From positions 131,936,001 to 132,000,000 of the forward strand of contig OZ024740.1 in assembly GCA_964016885.1 (NCBI GenBank): a DNA stretch of 64,000 bases, written 5' to 3'. Below the pieces are notes generated by a model, which saw only the letters and a program-made list of their open reading frames with translations, was not told the DNA's origin and did not search any database. Position numbers and translations under genes: made by a program. The stretch comes from Eledone cirrhosa (Eukaryota). Shown here piece after piece: positions 12,298 to 27,354 of the stretch (positions are counted from its first letter, which is position 1; every line of letters begins with the position of its first letter).

Positions 12298-13488
12298 ATA
12301 TATATAAATGAGAGGTATAGAGATCGTTTTAGCGAGAAGCTAATAGTATTCTATAACATATATGCGACTATAACGTCAAGATGGAAAACGTAGTTAACGT
12401 AAGATTTAGGAAAAATAATTCAAACTCATCTCAAAAGAAAATCAGGTTATAAATTCATCCACAGAATTTAGTGAAATCCAGGGAAAAATCAATAGACCTT
12501 TAACTCATGATAAAATAAAGTCCAAAACACTTATCCTTCAATTTGGAATAGCATCAAGTGCTCTGTATAGTCTTAAAAGACTATTTCATGAAATCTTTCA
12601 GTGGAGATGGTCACGGTTGGATTTCAATCGTCAGCAGAGCTCAACAGAAACCAGGGCACTCACAGTATTATAATCCGAAAAAGGGAATTATAAAACTGGC
12701 TATATATATGTACTTTCTGTCTGTTTTTCTTTGATTTTGTTCCATGTGATGGAAATTAAAACTGCGTACCAGATTAACTAATGCCTGGAATCCTGTAGTT
12801 ATAATATACGGCACTGTCGTTCAACATGTGGATAGAGTAACTGTGACACTAGAATCCCTCTCAGAACATATTACATAAACACATCTCTCCATATTATTTA
12901 CTCACTTTAGTCTATAATTTTACTCAGCTCAATCCGAATTATCACCTGAAAAGAATATTTTAAATTCTTTTTTAAATTCTTTAATTTCTAATTGTTAATT
13001 TCTTAATTGTTTAATTTATAATTTCTGATATTTGATTTAGGATTTTAGTTTTTATTTCCAACTCTCACTGTTAACTTCCAACATAAAACCATGATACCTA
13101 GAATAAGTTTATTTTCCCTTATAAGGTGAGGGTCAGTCGTACCGTCAACGCTTAGTGAGAGGTAGTATTATGACCTGTAAAAACTAACACTCTCCCATCC
13201 CCTCTGGCTCTCGGTTGACTGCCACAGCCGTGATGAGTAGCAGTAAAATATGGTACAGGCATTGGTGGGCCATTGTTTTGGATGACAGGGTGAACTGACT
13301 AAGCAAATTTCGTTGAAGTCTGCGATGGCGAATGGTCAACTTCCTTCGGACATGCGCTTGCGAAGGCCGGTGGGGGTGAATAGGTACTCAGAAGGGAGCG
13401 ATGGAAAAAACCCAAAGCACGCAATTCATCCGTTCGCTTGTCGATCCAATTTGGATTGCCTCGGAAACATAACCTTATTGTGTAACAA

Positions 13489-13562
13489 GCTGTCTGATGA
13501 TGACACGACACTCGCACACAGAACAGTGTGGCCAGTGTCGTCACTGAAATATATATCACAGC
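13489..13562 (+). ncRNA. Hammerhead ribozyme motif with long stem II
   Basis: Stem I GCTGT/ACAGC, CTGATGA, stem II containing ACGACACT/AGTGTCGT, GAAA, palindromic stem III ATATATAT, triplet AUC. The base of stem II is mismatched. Confidence 0.6.
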
Positions 13563-13804
13563 ATTATTATTAAAGGACTTGAACATCTGAAACTACTTCG
13601 CTTTTCCTTATTCGATATTTACTCCATCACTCCTATGTGGAAAAAGTACGTTGAGTGTTTGAATTGAATTGCATCAATGTTTACCCTAATATATATATGT
13701 ATATATATATATTAAAGAGTTAAACAACATTCAATGAGTACATCAAATAATGAGTTTTACAGTAGATTAGAAGCACACTACAGTACAAATAATTTTCCAG
13801 AGTT

Positions 13805-14119
13805 ATTAATATTAAAATACAAATATTAATAAATATATTTCTTTTGATCAATTACATTTTATTATACATATTTCAGAGGTACAACAGTACGTCCTCATCC
13901 GACAAAATATGATACATGACATACCCTGAGATGTTAAATGGTTAAGATTTGATCAAGGTAGTATTTAATCAGGGTATGTCATGATTTAATCAGGTTATAT
14001 AATGTATCATTATATTTTGTCTGATGAGGACGTACTGTTGTACCTCTGAAATATTGAAATATGTATAATAACATTTAATTGAACAAAAGAACATCTATTT
14101 TATTAATATTTGTATTTTA

Positions 14120-14123
<4 letters not shown>
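13805..14123. mobile_element. Older foldback element with decayed hammerhead motifs in both arms
   Basis: 13805-13929 pairs with ~13969-14123. The right arm has CTGATGA-GGACGTAC(TGTT)GTACCTCT-GAAA at 14021-14051; the left-arm copy reads CGGATGA on the minus strand. Confidence 0.6.
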
Positions 14124-14342
<219 letters not shown>

Positions 14343-14439
14343 TATACCGCCTTAACCAGTTTTATTCAATAATCGACCGAGTTAAAATAATCATTTAATC
14401 ATAGCCCTTTATCAAATTATGAATGCTAGGAAATAATAA

Positions 14440-14800
14440 AGATAGAATATACGGGCGCATATGACTAGAGCCTCGGCAGATATGTACGGCTTTTCAGCGA
14501 CTGGCCGGATTGCCAGGCGGATTTTAGCGATAACAGCCACTGAATTACCGGATATAATGATTTACTGCACGATGGATAAATAGCCGAGTTTAGAATCTCT
14601 TCCCTACGAGCTTTACGTACACATTCCAGAATTTTTCGGCAAACGCTTGCCGGAAGTCTACTGTAAATTCCAGCAGAACGGGATTATTTTCTGCTTTGTG
14701 AGCCGCGGAAGATGGCCCTGCTGAGAAATTACACGAACAGGGGAACAACGTAGATAACGTCATGCCCCTAACTCTGCGGAACGCAGCTTTCAAGATTTTG
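14440..14800 (+). mobile_element. Old Tx1-clade ORF2 fragment
   Basis: LPYELYVHIPEFFGKRLPEVYCKFQQNG...VSRG...PLTLRNAAFKIL aligns by eye to ORF2 of the elements at 27-53 kb. Confidence 0.75.
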
Positions 14801-15009
14801 TATTTGCAACGATGTTGTGACTTTTTGTTGGGTGCCTGTGTGTGTATGTCTGTGTCTGTATGTGTTTGTGTTTTTGTGTGTGCTCCTATGTGAATTAACA
14901 TCTGTTCTATTTAACATTTTGATCATACGCGGGCCCCAATCTTTCATCCTATTGTCGTAGTATCTTCAGATATTAAAATATTCCGATCAATAGGTAACAT
15001 CTTACTTAC

Positions 15010-15139
15010 GCAGGTCAACAAAATAACACACTAATACGCAGAATACCAGGAAGGAGAATGTTAAAGAATAAATGATCACATTTTCCAAGAGAATATATAA
15101 AGTTAAACCATATTTAGAATGTACTTCGTCTTCAATCAT
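15010..15139 (-). pseudogene. Possible transmembrane-coding exon of a decayed host gene
   Basis: Open frame IEDEVHSKYGLTLYILLENVIIYSLTFSFLVFCVLVCYFVDL followed directly by GTAAGT (15009-15004). No clear acceptor. Confidence 0.2.
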
Positions 15140-15849
15140 AATTAAAAAAATATACGTATATATTATACCAGTGTGATATTCCAGTAGATGGGCTTTAGTA
15201 ATAATAGGAATTGTAGTGAATATGTAAACTGTAGTAGTTTGCTTGAATGATATTTAATTTGGATTGAGGGAAAATGTATAAAAATAAAATTTAGTATTTT
15301 GCATTTATTGAAATTATTTTTTTCCTTCTTTAAATATTCATATATATATATATATATATAATCAGAAAATATTTATACAAACTTGAACTCCAATCTACAT
15401 ACAGCTGCTTATAATATTCATTTAGGAAAACGTTTAGAATATAACACGCATTTCTGTCTTCATTAGAAATTATTTGATTTTTTTCAAACGGTTTCCAATA
15501 TATTTTGCTAATGGTTACTACGTATAAAATTGTAATGTTTTCTTTAGGAATTGAAATTTTTACATTAGCTCATTAAAATCGTTATTGATGAGGAGTTTTG
15601 ATAATAATGCTACCCCACTATAAATAGAATATATTTGTCTCTCGACATTTCCTACTCTATTCTTTCTCAGATAGAATTCTAAACGTAATATTTTAGATAC
15701 AATCTTTCATCTCTTAAATATTGTATTATATTTGAATATTAGGTAAATTAAAGTTCAATTAGTGCCAATGATAAATAATTAATATAACACTTTGCGTTCA
15801 GTACTATATTTAATTTGGGTAGAATCCCAAATATAAGGGATTCTAATAG

Positions 15850-15980
15850 AGGCATAAGTCCAGTCATTTTTTGAGTGGGAAGAGTCTATTGATTTGACAC
15901 CAATGCTGAGATCGTACTTTATTTTCTTGACCCAGTTATGATGAACATTTCAATGAAACTCGCCGAGAATTTACGTTCAG
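15850..15980 (-). mobile_element. Old, decayed SINE of the same superfamily
   Basis: GTACTTTATTTT...GACCC...GATGAA...CTCGCCGAGAATTTACGTTCAG resembles the reverse complement of the SINE core and B box. Confidence 0.45.
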
Positions 15981-18063
15981 TATAATAATCCTATTTGTAT
16001 ATAGAAAATAGCACCATAGTTTACGTTGCATCAAAGTAACACAACGAGGGTCACCTGAGAAGTAGATAGGCTTGAAAATGTGTTCTCATATGATCACCGA
16101 TTGACGTTTATTTTTCAACATACTCCCTAGAAGGAGACGATTATTATGAAAAACTTTGGCTCTTCCATAAATATATAATTTTAAAACTTATATAGATATT
16201 TTCAAATATATTCCATAAAAGGTACCGCAGTAAATAGATATTGGAATGATATATAATCAATCGAAAGTTTAGGCGATACTAATGAGAGGAGTTCTTTAAA
16301 ATTAATAATACCATCACATTCAATTTAATTTATACGCCATCATTGATGTATTTAATTCACACTTTCCATATAATAAACTGAAACTACAATAGCTTCAAAA
16401 TATGGCAGTTGTTATGGATGTCTTTTTGATCAAATTGGAAAGTTACTCGGGTCAGAAAACTGGCAGAGATATAATATCGGATAATATATTTTGCGGTTTT
16501 CATTGCTCTGTTGAATTTGATTTTCATCCTCTCGTAAAACAAATAACAATTTAGAACTGGAGCCAATGATCCCTCTCTCACACTCTTACATTTTCTGGAC
16601 AAATTGCTCTGTTTTCAGAGAGATCGGCTTCGCCATGTTCAAAGTGCCTATTTGTTTCTTATTCATGTCGTTTCCCGTACGTTTTGGGTATGTGCAAATA
16701 GAGAAAATCATTATTTTTTTCTAACAAAAAATACGTTTGTGTGGTTGCGTGGCTAAATATATCTATTTATTTCGATGTAAGCCAAAAGTCTAGAAGGAAA
16801 AACATTTTATTATAATGGTGATTTAAATTATTTTATTGCTTTATATAGTACGAAGTCCTATCCAGGTAAAATTATTTTCTTGGCCGAAAGCATATTGTAG
16901 GTACCCAATATTCTGAGATCGTCCACCCAGGCGATTTTAAATATATATATATAAGGTCATTTCCTATGAGGTGAATAAGGTGAATAGAAGTTGTACATGA
17001 CCTCTGTTGATATATGTATTCCTTTTTGGATATGTATTGCATTTTATTTAGAATGATCATCATAAACTTCAAGCACTTCATTAAGTATTTTCCAAATTAA
17101 TCTTTTAATTTATTTTTTTTCGTGTGTCTAAAGTGTGCTTTCTTTCCTATTAAAAGAATGATCATCAGAAATCAGTACACACAGATCCGAACCAAATAAC
17201 TCAATGCAGGTTATATAATATTATAATTCTCCTCCCACAGAAAAAATGTCGAATAGCAATGTTGAATTCAACTTCTTTTGATGTTCGTTAGTTTTGTGCT
17301 TTATTCGGTCGCAGTGTGTAGTTTTCTAATTTTGATAGTCTCTATAACTTAAGAGCATTCACGATTTCATAGGATTATTTATTTATTTCTTGTTTATGTT
17401 ATTCAGCAACTGATCAAACCTGATCTACCAAGACCTTTGCAATACAAACTAATCCCTATTTACAGAGAGGATAAACACTTTACCCTATCAGATCTGCCTC
17501 TTTACAAACAATGATTTATCACTTGATTCGCTGATATTTCTAGCCCGTTAAGCACCGTGTAAGAATTCTCTTGTTATATCGTTGAAGATTTAATATATGT
17601 ATATCTGCTAATTTATTTCTAAGCAAGGTGTCGTATGCTTTTCTAATGGTCGGATTTATGGAATTAAGGAATTATGGAATTATTTCATAAAATCCTTCTT
17701 GCCTCTTATGTGTTATATTGTATTTTTTTGTCTACTGCGAAGTGTATATCCTTTGTAAATGTTCGGTAATTTTCTGATTCTGTAACTGTATCGAAGTACA
17801 TCTCCTTAGTTTAATTCCTTTGCTTCATTATAAAACAGCATGTGCTCAATCCTCTAATACGTCCTCAGTTAACGGATTTTTAATGGGGCGTAGTGCATTG
17901 TTGATTGTTTTAAATAATTTACATAGTGGAACTTATTTAGAATTTATCAATAACACATGTAAACATAGGTGTTGTAATTCAGTAAATACAAATATTTTTG
18001 GGGTACAATTTTGACCTAAATTTGGGCGATACAGAGTTGAATTTACATACCTTCTTGTTATAA

Positions 18064-18247
18064 TTGTTTATACTTTTTGGCACAAGGCTAGCAATTATCC
18101 CAGTGCATTACGGTACTTTATTTTATCGACTCTGTAAGGATGAAAGGCAAAATCAACCTTGGCGGGATTTGAACTCAACTCAGAATGTCAAGGGCCGTAA
18201 CTCTATGCGTCAAAGCATGGCGTCCGACCCTCTACCGATACAGCCAA
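18064..18247 (-). mobile_element. tRNA-derived SINE
   Basis: Reverse complement matches 53006-53195 over nearly the full length. Confidence 0.85.
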
Positions 18248-18983
18248 ATGTTTTGGTATTAGTACTGCGTTTTTATGTAGATTCAACAATGCCAGGTTTT
18301 CTTTTATCGAAAATGTTATTTCCATTTTCATTCAATCATTCTTCTTCTTCTTCTTCCTCTTCTTCTTCTTCTTCTTCATGTTTGTGATTTCACTATCCGA
18401 GCGAAATGTCATTGCTCCTAGATGCACCTCATATATATCAGAAGATATATATGTTGTGATCGGTTTTAGGAAATTCACTTCTATGAGAGACCCCATAGGC
18501 CTTCATGATATCAAATGTGGAGGAGAACCGATTATTACGAAGTCGGCTGATGGCCTGCCATAATACATCATTTAATGAGTTTAAGTGATATAACAGCTTA
18601 ACCTCAAAGTCCTCCTATTTCACATACTTTTCTGAACTACATTCGATAATAAATTCTAAAGGAACATTCAGCCTGTTAGACAGTATTTCTATAAATGACT
18701 TGTATATTGTTGGTACAGCGGTACATTTTTTGTAGTTTTGAGTTATTTCAGTATTTTTTCAGTATTAACGCACCCAACAGAAATGTGTTAGTTGTTGATT
18801 ATGTTCTGTTTAGTAATTCCTTTAATTTTTACAACCAAAACGTGACGAATACTAACTATTTATTCGAGGAGAAACTTGAATATTTTATAAATTTCAGTTT
18901 ATTTCCAGTTCCTAGCCGTCTGTATTATGTGTGTGAATACGCTGCTAACTATGCCAGGCAATGTTAGTGTGGGTATTGATGTC

Positions 18984-19156
<173 letters not shown>

Positions 19157-22100
19157 CTAATTCATTAGGCTCTTTGTCTGTGATGGATTTTACGATCTAT
19201 AGTTTCTTCGAAAATATTTTTTGGCGCATTTGTATTTTAATTTACAATTTCTTTTAAATCAATTATTTCCATTTGTAAGAACTGGTGGATTTTAAAACAT
19301 CTTGTTCCGTGTCATTTTGCCATAGCATTGGCTTGATATTTTTACATACACAAACAGTCATAATTCCATTTGCTTTTATATAATTGTTTTATTATAGTTT
19401 TGCTAATGCGTATCTATTTTTTATAAGATTCCTCCCCGTTTACAATGTCAAGCAGTATATATATTCTGGCGTGTTTACATGTTTGTTATTTTCTTCGGGT
19501 TACTTTACTCTTTTTTATTTCAGTGCCTTTCGTTAGGTTTGAGTTAAAACATTCTTCCTCTAATAAGTATGAACCAAATTTTACTCGTTACTAGATTGGT
19601 GGATCTTGATCTGCGTTTTCTTTGCGATAATCGCAGTGAGAGGGATAATGCGTCCACGATTAACACCGAGAATGTGCTTGAGGTGAAGTGAAGACAAACA
19701 AGAAGAATTATGGGCGTCATACAGCTGCGTCAAAGTGTACATCACCGAATGAATATAGAAGAAAAAAAAAACCAAAATGATGCCTGTGTGGTTCCAGGAG
19801 ATTACTCTCTTGGAAATTTAACGATCCCAAATAGCTTCGGGTTTAAAAAAACCATTATCAAGGGATTAACCCTATAAACGACTTAAACATCAATCTGAAA
19901 GACGTGTTTGTATAGGAGCAGATTTAACTGAAATGAAACTAACTTAAATCTGCTCCCATAAAAAAGTATTTCCGATTTATTTGTAAGTCTCTTCGTTCTT
20001 ATCAGAACCAATATACGTATATTTACCACAATCTCACCATTTCTTCTTTTCAACAACACCCTTTCATGTAGAGAAATAGCAACATTCATATAGATATTAC
20101 TATGTTTATTGTTATTTTCTTACTCCTGAAATTATTTTCGAATGTTGTAAATATCATAGAGTACAACATGCATATTGAGCTAAAATTCTCTACTATATTA
20201 TTCCAAATCATATCTAATACGTATTCAGAATTCTAAGTTGCGTTGAATATCTAAGAAGAACGCATTTCATTTACATTTCTTTTATTGTGCCATTCACTGA
20301 ACCAGTGTGCAATTCGTTGTACCGTGTTTCTTGCATATTTTTTCAGTGAGAAAGAACGCAAATATATATACGTTATGTCTGCTGATAACGGATGTTACAT
20401 TATTCCTTTATCTGTATATATTAGACTAACTCACGAACAACATAGGCCACTTACAAGAAATAAAGAGACAAATCCGTTTTTGTAATTAAATAATTCTATT
20501 AATTCGTAATAATTAATGTTGTCCCCGTTGGTGTTTTTTTATGGCTGTTCGTCGTTCATTAGAATTTATTGAATATGTTCTATTTCAAATCTGATCTATA
20601 TTTTATTATTCAATTTATTGAATTACCTAATATGTAATCATCCAATTGTTCTATACGGTGTTTTCTTTCCATGTATTAAACTTGATTAGTAATTGAAATA
20701 GTTGTGCAATATACATGTATGTGAAATGCTTACCTCTTCTGTTCATTAATGCTCTGCATATTGTATTTGATCTATATGAAGTTTAACGATAACCATTTAT
20801 ATAGGTATTTATTTTTGGTGGTGGTAAGAAATATGATTTGATTTAATTTCATATACATCTTTTGAACTTAGGTTAAATTTGCAGGATTCATTTCGAAATT
20901 AAATAAGATAATGAAAAATAGATTGAGTTACAAAAGTGAAAATGTGTGAGTATATGTTTATGTGTGAGAATGCGCGTAGCTTAATAGTTAGGTTGTTTGC
21001 CTTATGAACGAAAGTTTGAGAATTTGATTCCCGGTGTCTTTTTGTGTTTATCAGCAATTAAAACAACGCAGCATGACATAATAAAATATCTGAATGGTTA
21101 TATATTCTATTCTCCGATTCCTTTTGTCAATGTACATATATTACCAAATATTTCTTAGGTAAATGAAAGGTTTCTGTGCCTTATGATAACAACTTGGAAG
21201 AACAATTTTCTTTGAAGCAGTCCTGGATAAATATTTTCTAGTATCTGGATATGTGTGAAATCTGTGTTGGCATAGCTATCGACTACTGCTACAATGTGTG
21301 ATATGTTTGGTTGCAGGTTGGGTTGTATGGAGTGTTTTGGAAAATTTACTTTTGCGGACAATCGAAATCTTGCGTTTTAAAACAACTATCGAAATTGTGT
21401 AGTCCCAATCGCAATTTCATCCTGACTTCGCGGATAAATTGATGCCCGGGATACAGAAGGATAAACATATATATTGACTTTCAAGTACCACGAAAGGAAC
21501 AAAGATGCTGAGAAGTTAATTTATAGATACATGATAATTTATAGCATGTTATATGTTTGTTTAGTGCATCGATAATTGTTCTTTGATTCAAAGTCCTTCA
21601 TGTAAATATGTTCGCATGTAAACATACCGTGGATGATTAATTATTAATGTATTAATTGATGTGGCCCTCACACTCTTGGAATTTATTTAATTAATCTAGC
21701 GTATTATCAAAGACAAACATTGCAACGACAGTATTATATTACCATTGAATAGCTTGATCTAATTTAAAATGTTAGCACTTGAGAGAATCTGCAAATATAA
21801 GATGTGGGCTCCTCAAATGTTAGTATATCTTTGTATTTTGTTGTCGAAAGTGAAAACATTCAGGTGAATATATGTTTAATGGACACCATAAGGGACGGTT
21901 AGCTTCTAACATATATGAAGCAGAACATCAATCACACTTGAGCAAATATTTCTCCATGTGTGGCACGATTCGTCAGGCGCTCAATCATATTAATGGGAAA
22001 TAAATGTTACCAGATACTAAATGAAAGATGAAAGTTAACCATCGCATATATCATATATATATAGATGTGTGTGCGCGTGAGTGTGTGTGACGCGCGTGTG

Positions 22101-22209
22101 CGTGTATATCTGTGTGCGTGTCAGTGTGTGTATATGTGTGTGTCAGTGTGTGTAAGCCTATGTGCATACATGTTTATGTTTATATATATATATATAGAGA
22201 GAGATTCAC

Positions 22210-22234
22210 CGTTTGTTAAGTTAAAGCTGTCTCT

Positions 22235-22322
<88 letters not shown>

Positions 22323-22348
22323 AGAGACAGCTTTTAACTTAACAAACG
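22210..22348. repeat. Palindrome: 27-bp inverted arms around (TA)n
   Basis: CGTTTGTTAAGTTAAAGCTGTCTCTGG-(TA)n-CCAGAGACAGCTTTTAACTTAACAAACG. Confidence 0.9.
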
Positions 22349-23017
22349 ATTAATCTAACATACAATAGGTTGAAATGCATACGATCCGTAGGATCAATAT
22401 TCTACAATACCATTCGGGTCTATTCGTGTAATTTCTTTAATATATTTCAGGTATTTAATCGAATACTATCATTGGTATAGTTTAAATATCGATGTAATAT
22501 TCATCACGAAATTTCGACGATTGTACAAGCAGATGGTCTAAAAATATTAGAGCAGATAATGTTTGAAATATAAAGGAAGTCTGAACTGTTGATGTGATAT
22601 TCACGGAAAATGATCAAGATCATTATACACTTGTTATATCACACTAGAATTGAGACCCGAATTGTGAACGCTATCTATGAAAAGTGCATAGATTGAATGT
22701 AATAATCAACAACCTGACCATACGATGAATATATTTCTGTGTTGACCATGATTTTTCAATTGCAATATACTAATATGAAAATGAGTCACATGGCTGAGAA
22801 GAAAAAAACAAATCAAATAAATTAACAAAACCTACATAATAATTTAAATTATTGCACAATGATATGAAGGAACGTATATGGAATATTATTGGATTGCTGA
22901 AACAAACTATGCAACATTTTGGAAAGTATAACTAAATATTCACATGCGGTTATATTTTAATACACACAATTTCTAACTAAACTAATTATATGTATGTACA
23001 AAGCTTTGTTTTTATTA

Positions 23018-23467
<450 letters not shown>

Positions 23468-23627
23468 CTAAGGCGGGTAAAATTCCCGAGATCCATGGAC
23501 GAGTTCTCTCCAGCGGTCTGTGTCCCTCATTATCCCTGCCATGTCCTGCGTGTCCAACAGACCAGTGTCTGTCCTTAGGGCATCAACATACGTTAACATT
23601 GGTCTTCCTCTTCTAGTGTGTCCAGGT
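23468..23627 (-). mobile_element. 5'-truncated RTE-type LINE 3' end
   Basis: Translates as PGHTRRGRPMLTYVDALRTDTG...MRDTDRWRELV...*, the typical RTE C-terminus. Embedded in TA-rich repeats. Confidence 0.75.
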
Positions 23628-23689
23628 ATATATATATGTGTGTGTATATATGTGTATGTATATGTATATAGGTGACATTTCTAGCCAGC

Positions 23690-24390
23690 AACAAAAGGCA
23701 AGTCCACCACCTACTTCAGCTTTCACCACTCATGCCGAAATTACGAATGTACAAAAGTAGTGTTATTTATTTGACCAATTTGCCGTGGCTTTTTAACAGC
23801 AGTAAAGATTGCCTCAATAGTTATTTGATGACAAGAATTCCTGTGATGCATTAGGTACATTGATAGAAGGAGAACTGATAAGAATGCAAAGAAGTATATA
23901 AACAAGGTGAATTCTCGTGACAAGTATTTGTACATAACGGAAGCCATATAAGCCAGCCTTATCTTTGACACTAACTAATAATCGGTGATTATTATTTAGT
24001 GTCAACCCAAAGGAAGATGACCCATAGTCAAGTCATCTTCAGACAATGTTTGAAAGTAGCAAGCACATTATTTCCAGCTGTAGAATAATGTCTTCTCTTT
24101 ACTATCTTACCAGGAAGTTGGATCAATCTGAAATGCATTACGGAAGATTAAAATAAACTCGAATAGTGAGAATGCATTGAGACTGGCGTATCAAATGAAT
24201 ACTGGTGCAATCTAAAATAAAAATGTTATCAAATTAATGCATACCAGTCCTATTATTGATATCTGGGACAGCAGACTATGTTGTAAAAGTCAGCTGCCCA
24301 TTTGATGTCAATGTGGTAAGAAAAATGCAAGAGAATGTGGATATGAAAGATCAATTGATGATCAGTTTGCAAATACAATATTAAGAATAT
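23690..24390 (+). mobile_element. Very old RLE-type LINE 3' remnant
   Basis: KHIISSC-like zinc-knuckle end (~24060), EYWCNLKI, LISGT/IWD, VSCPFDVNV...QE (RLE D-x-x-C-P-x-D region). Confidence 0.5.
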
Positions 24391-24664
24391 ACGTGTTAGA
24401 CAGAAGCACGAAATAACTATTTTTTCGGTGTGTACCGGTTAAAAAGATGGCATATATTCTGATATTTAACGGCAGAATTTACCGATAGATTCAAGCATAT
24501 AAACGAGAAACAATTCGGAAATATAATGATCAAAATATTGTGTCATGAAATAATATAAATGCATAATGATGAAAGAGATAGAATGCTAAACAATGCAAAA
24601 CGGACTGTAAGATGAGGTGACGAAAAGTAAGTTACATGGTAATATTTGTTTTGTTTTTTGTTGC

Positions 24665-25350
24665 GGTTGGACTTCCAACCTTGTTTAACAAAAGGTGCTA
24701 TATACACCAACGTCTATAGGAAATCTGCCAGCAGAGACCTGTTTGTGTATTATTGATCAGCCCTTCCTCTTGGTGCTAAAACCGGATACATAAGAAACAT
24801 ACTTAAGCCTATCCGGAATAAATGTAGCAAGTCCGGGGACCAGATCACTCACACTGAACACTTCATAAATCAAGACGAACGGATATCCAACATCCAAAGT
24901 GAATCCTCTTAAGAATTGAAGGCGCCGCAGGCATAAGACCTCCTCTAACACCTGCTTAAGGAAATTGCCACATTTCAGCTAAAACATAACCACAACTATA
25001 CGCAGAGCTATCCGAATAGAAGGACTGGATATACGGTAAGCAAACTCCGGCCCTTTACTGCATGGATACTTTTCTAAAATGCAATCCAGGGACAACAACT
25101 ATCAATACTCACTGACTAACTACCCTATCCGCGATACAGATATGTGGCAGCGGACAAATGTGTACCGGATTGAATGCAACACATGTAAGGTGTACTCCAT
25201 TGGTAGCACGATTCGAGCACTCCACCCTCGCATTAAAGAACACCTGAATACACACACATCCTCATTAAAAAAAACATTGACAAATGTAGAAACATCAACC
25301 AACATATTACTGTTACTATTGAAGCTAGAGATAACCATAAAAAAACGCTT
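24665..25350 (+). mobile_element. Decayed Penelope-like element (RT thumb + GIY-YIG)
   Basis: YTNVYRKSASRDLFVYY*SALPL; ORF 25079-25363 NVYRIECNTCKVYSIGSTIRALHPRIKEH. Confidence 0.75.
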
Positions 25351-26099
25351 GGAAACTACTTAGAATATTACAGATCAAATGTAATCCCAAAGAGAGGAAA
25401 TTGAACATTATCCACTGAAAGTTCTAAAAAGCCTTTAGGTCTTGAAACACTGGAAAGAAAAATGAACAATAAAGAGAAAGAAGAACAACAAAAAGAAAAA
25501 ATACCAAACAAAGATTACCTGACCTTATTTATCCCAAATTACAGTCCATTTTGCATTGTTTAGTCTTCTTTCTCTTTCAACATTATATGTTATATACAAT
25601 GCTTCAAGCATACCACAAGTTATTAACAGAAAATACAGCCAATGTTTTAAGCCAAGTTCCGAAAATGTATATATATATACAAGCATTTGGTTTAGATGTA
25701 ATATACTTTTGAAAATAAAACGATAAAAAGTGTAGCTAAAACGGCTTTGCTACATTCTGTCCTGAAAATCTTCGTGGAATTTAAATTAAATTCAACTCAA
25801 ATACTGATATCGATACAAGTAAATGATGAATGATCTTTGTTATATTCGAGTGGTGACGCGGCTCAGGATATTCCAAAATGATCAGGTTGAGAATGGCGTA
25901 CACTTTTCTCAAACAGCATGCCACTTGTGATTATGCTGTCAGAAAAACGTGTATGTATTTTGGTGAAATCATATTGCCACAAGACGTTATTCGCAAATAA
26001 AATCAATCTCCGGGATTTCAAATAATCTGTGTTCGTAATTATGAATTTAGTAAAACAAAACATCACATGAGATCGTGTGTATTAGTGTGTAGTTGGTTG

Positions 26100-26958
26100 A
26101 AGTGTGCAGGGACTGTGTCCTTATCATTTGCAATTGCCAGCGTGGCCAGTGATTTTCGAGCAGTTCATATTATCCTCGAATAGTTGCAAAAATGAAAAAT
26201 GTGAGTGTAGTGAGGCTTTTTCAAGTATCTGATGTCCTGTTTATAACCTATCGAGTGAATAATTTAGTGCGCAGTTGAGAGGGTAACACTGGTGGTGGAA
26301 AGGGAGTTAAATGAGACAGGACACCAGTTAACTCACATGAGTAGTGGTCACTGTAGTAGCAGTAGAAAAAGTTAAATCAAGGGTCAGCTTGTCTCTGGTT
26401 CCCGTGCAGAGTGATTTCATCCTTAACCTTGATATGGGTTTCTATAAGACTATAGTTGGAATCACTTCAAATGTAGTGACAACACTGTCGATGATGTAGA
26501 AACAATAAAACTTTCTTGGTAGCACCATGAAGCAATCAACTGCTAACCAGAAATATGTTCATGCAAAAAAAAAAACAGTTTGGCGATATCATTTATATTT
26601 CAAAATAAATACGTGATACAATACAAGTGTGAATTAATAAAGCTCAATAAGGACGTTTATTTTGTTTCATATATATTCAAACGAAGGGTCTTCATATCAA
26701 AGTAAAGATAAACCAGTTGACGAACTTGTTTCAATGTTTACATATCCTCTAGTTTCTCGAACTTTTAATCAATATTTTCTTTTGCATTGAGAAATTAAAC
26801 TACATCTGTCAAAACAAACATTGTTGACGTAAATATTCTGTTCTGTTTGTTTTCATTTTGTGCATAAAATATATTATTTACACAATTTTCACATTTATAA
26901 TTGCTATGGATTGCGCATTGCAATCTGAATAAATCTGACATCTCTAAAACAGAACATT
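26100..26958 (-). pseudogene. Possible decayed Cys-rich (EGF/laminin-EGF-like) exons
   Basis: TTTTCAG acceptor, then CSV...LQCAIHSNYKCENCVNN; after a frameshift VNNVCFDRCSLISQCK; near 26175-26100 NCSKITGHAGNCK**GHSPC. Stops and frameshifts are present. Confidence 0.25.
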
Positions 26959-26970
26959 CTGAAAATAATG
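26911..26970 (+). repeat. 60-bp direct repeat, copy 1 (copy 2 at 33077-33136)
   Basis: 56/60 identical by manual comparison. Confidence 0.9.
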
Positions 26971-27040
26971 ATTTCTATTATTGGCCACAAGGGCATTTAT
27001 GTATAAATGTTTCCTATACTGTACTTTAAAAAAAAGTTCC
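26971..27040 (-). mobile_element. Short Tx1-type 3' terminus
   Basis: Minus strand reads ...GCCCTTGTGGCCAATAATAGAAATC-ATTATT, like the Tx1 ends CCCTTGTGGTTAATAAAGAAA-(TTA)n. Confidence 0.5.
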
Positions 27041-27045
27041 TTTTT

Positions 27046-27147
<102 letters not shown>

Positions 27148-27354
27148 GGCGACCTACGTAGTAAATCGTATCATCGTGAGCTCCGCAAAGGTTTGTTATT
27201 TCCGTTTGTTAAAAATTGCCATTTATGGAAAATTTTATTGTTAACTGTTTATAAGCACACATACATTGTTTCCGAAAAGGACACCCAAAAAGATTGGGGC
27301 CTTGTGCCCAAAATTTTAACTTTTATTATTATCCAAAAATTTCTTTGAAAAAAA

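Noticed and set aside
13120-13480. GC-richer island with short ORFs upstream of the 13489 hammerhead
   Set aside because: No recognisable motif; probably an old repeat fragment that I cannot assign.
27292-27332. GGCCTTGTGCC..AAAA..TTATTAT in the Tx1 5' UTR resembling the SINE tail
   Set aside because: The match is only about 11 nt and is altered in copy 3, so it cannot be separated from chance.
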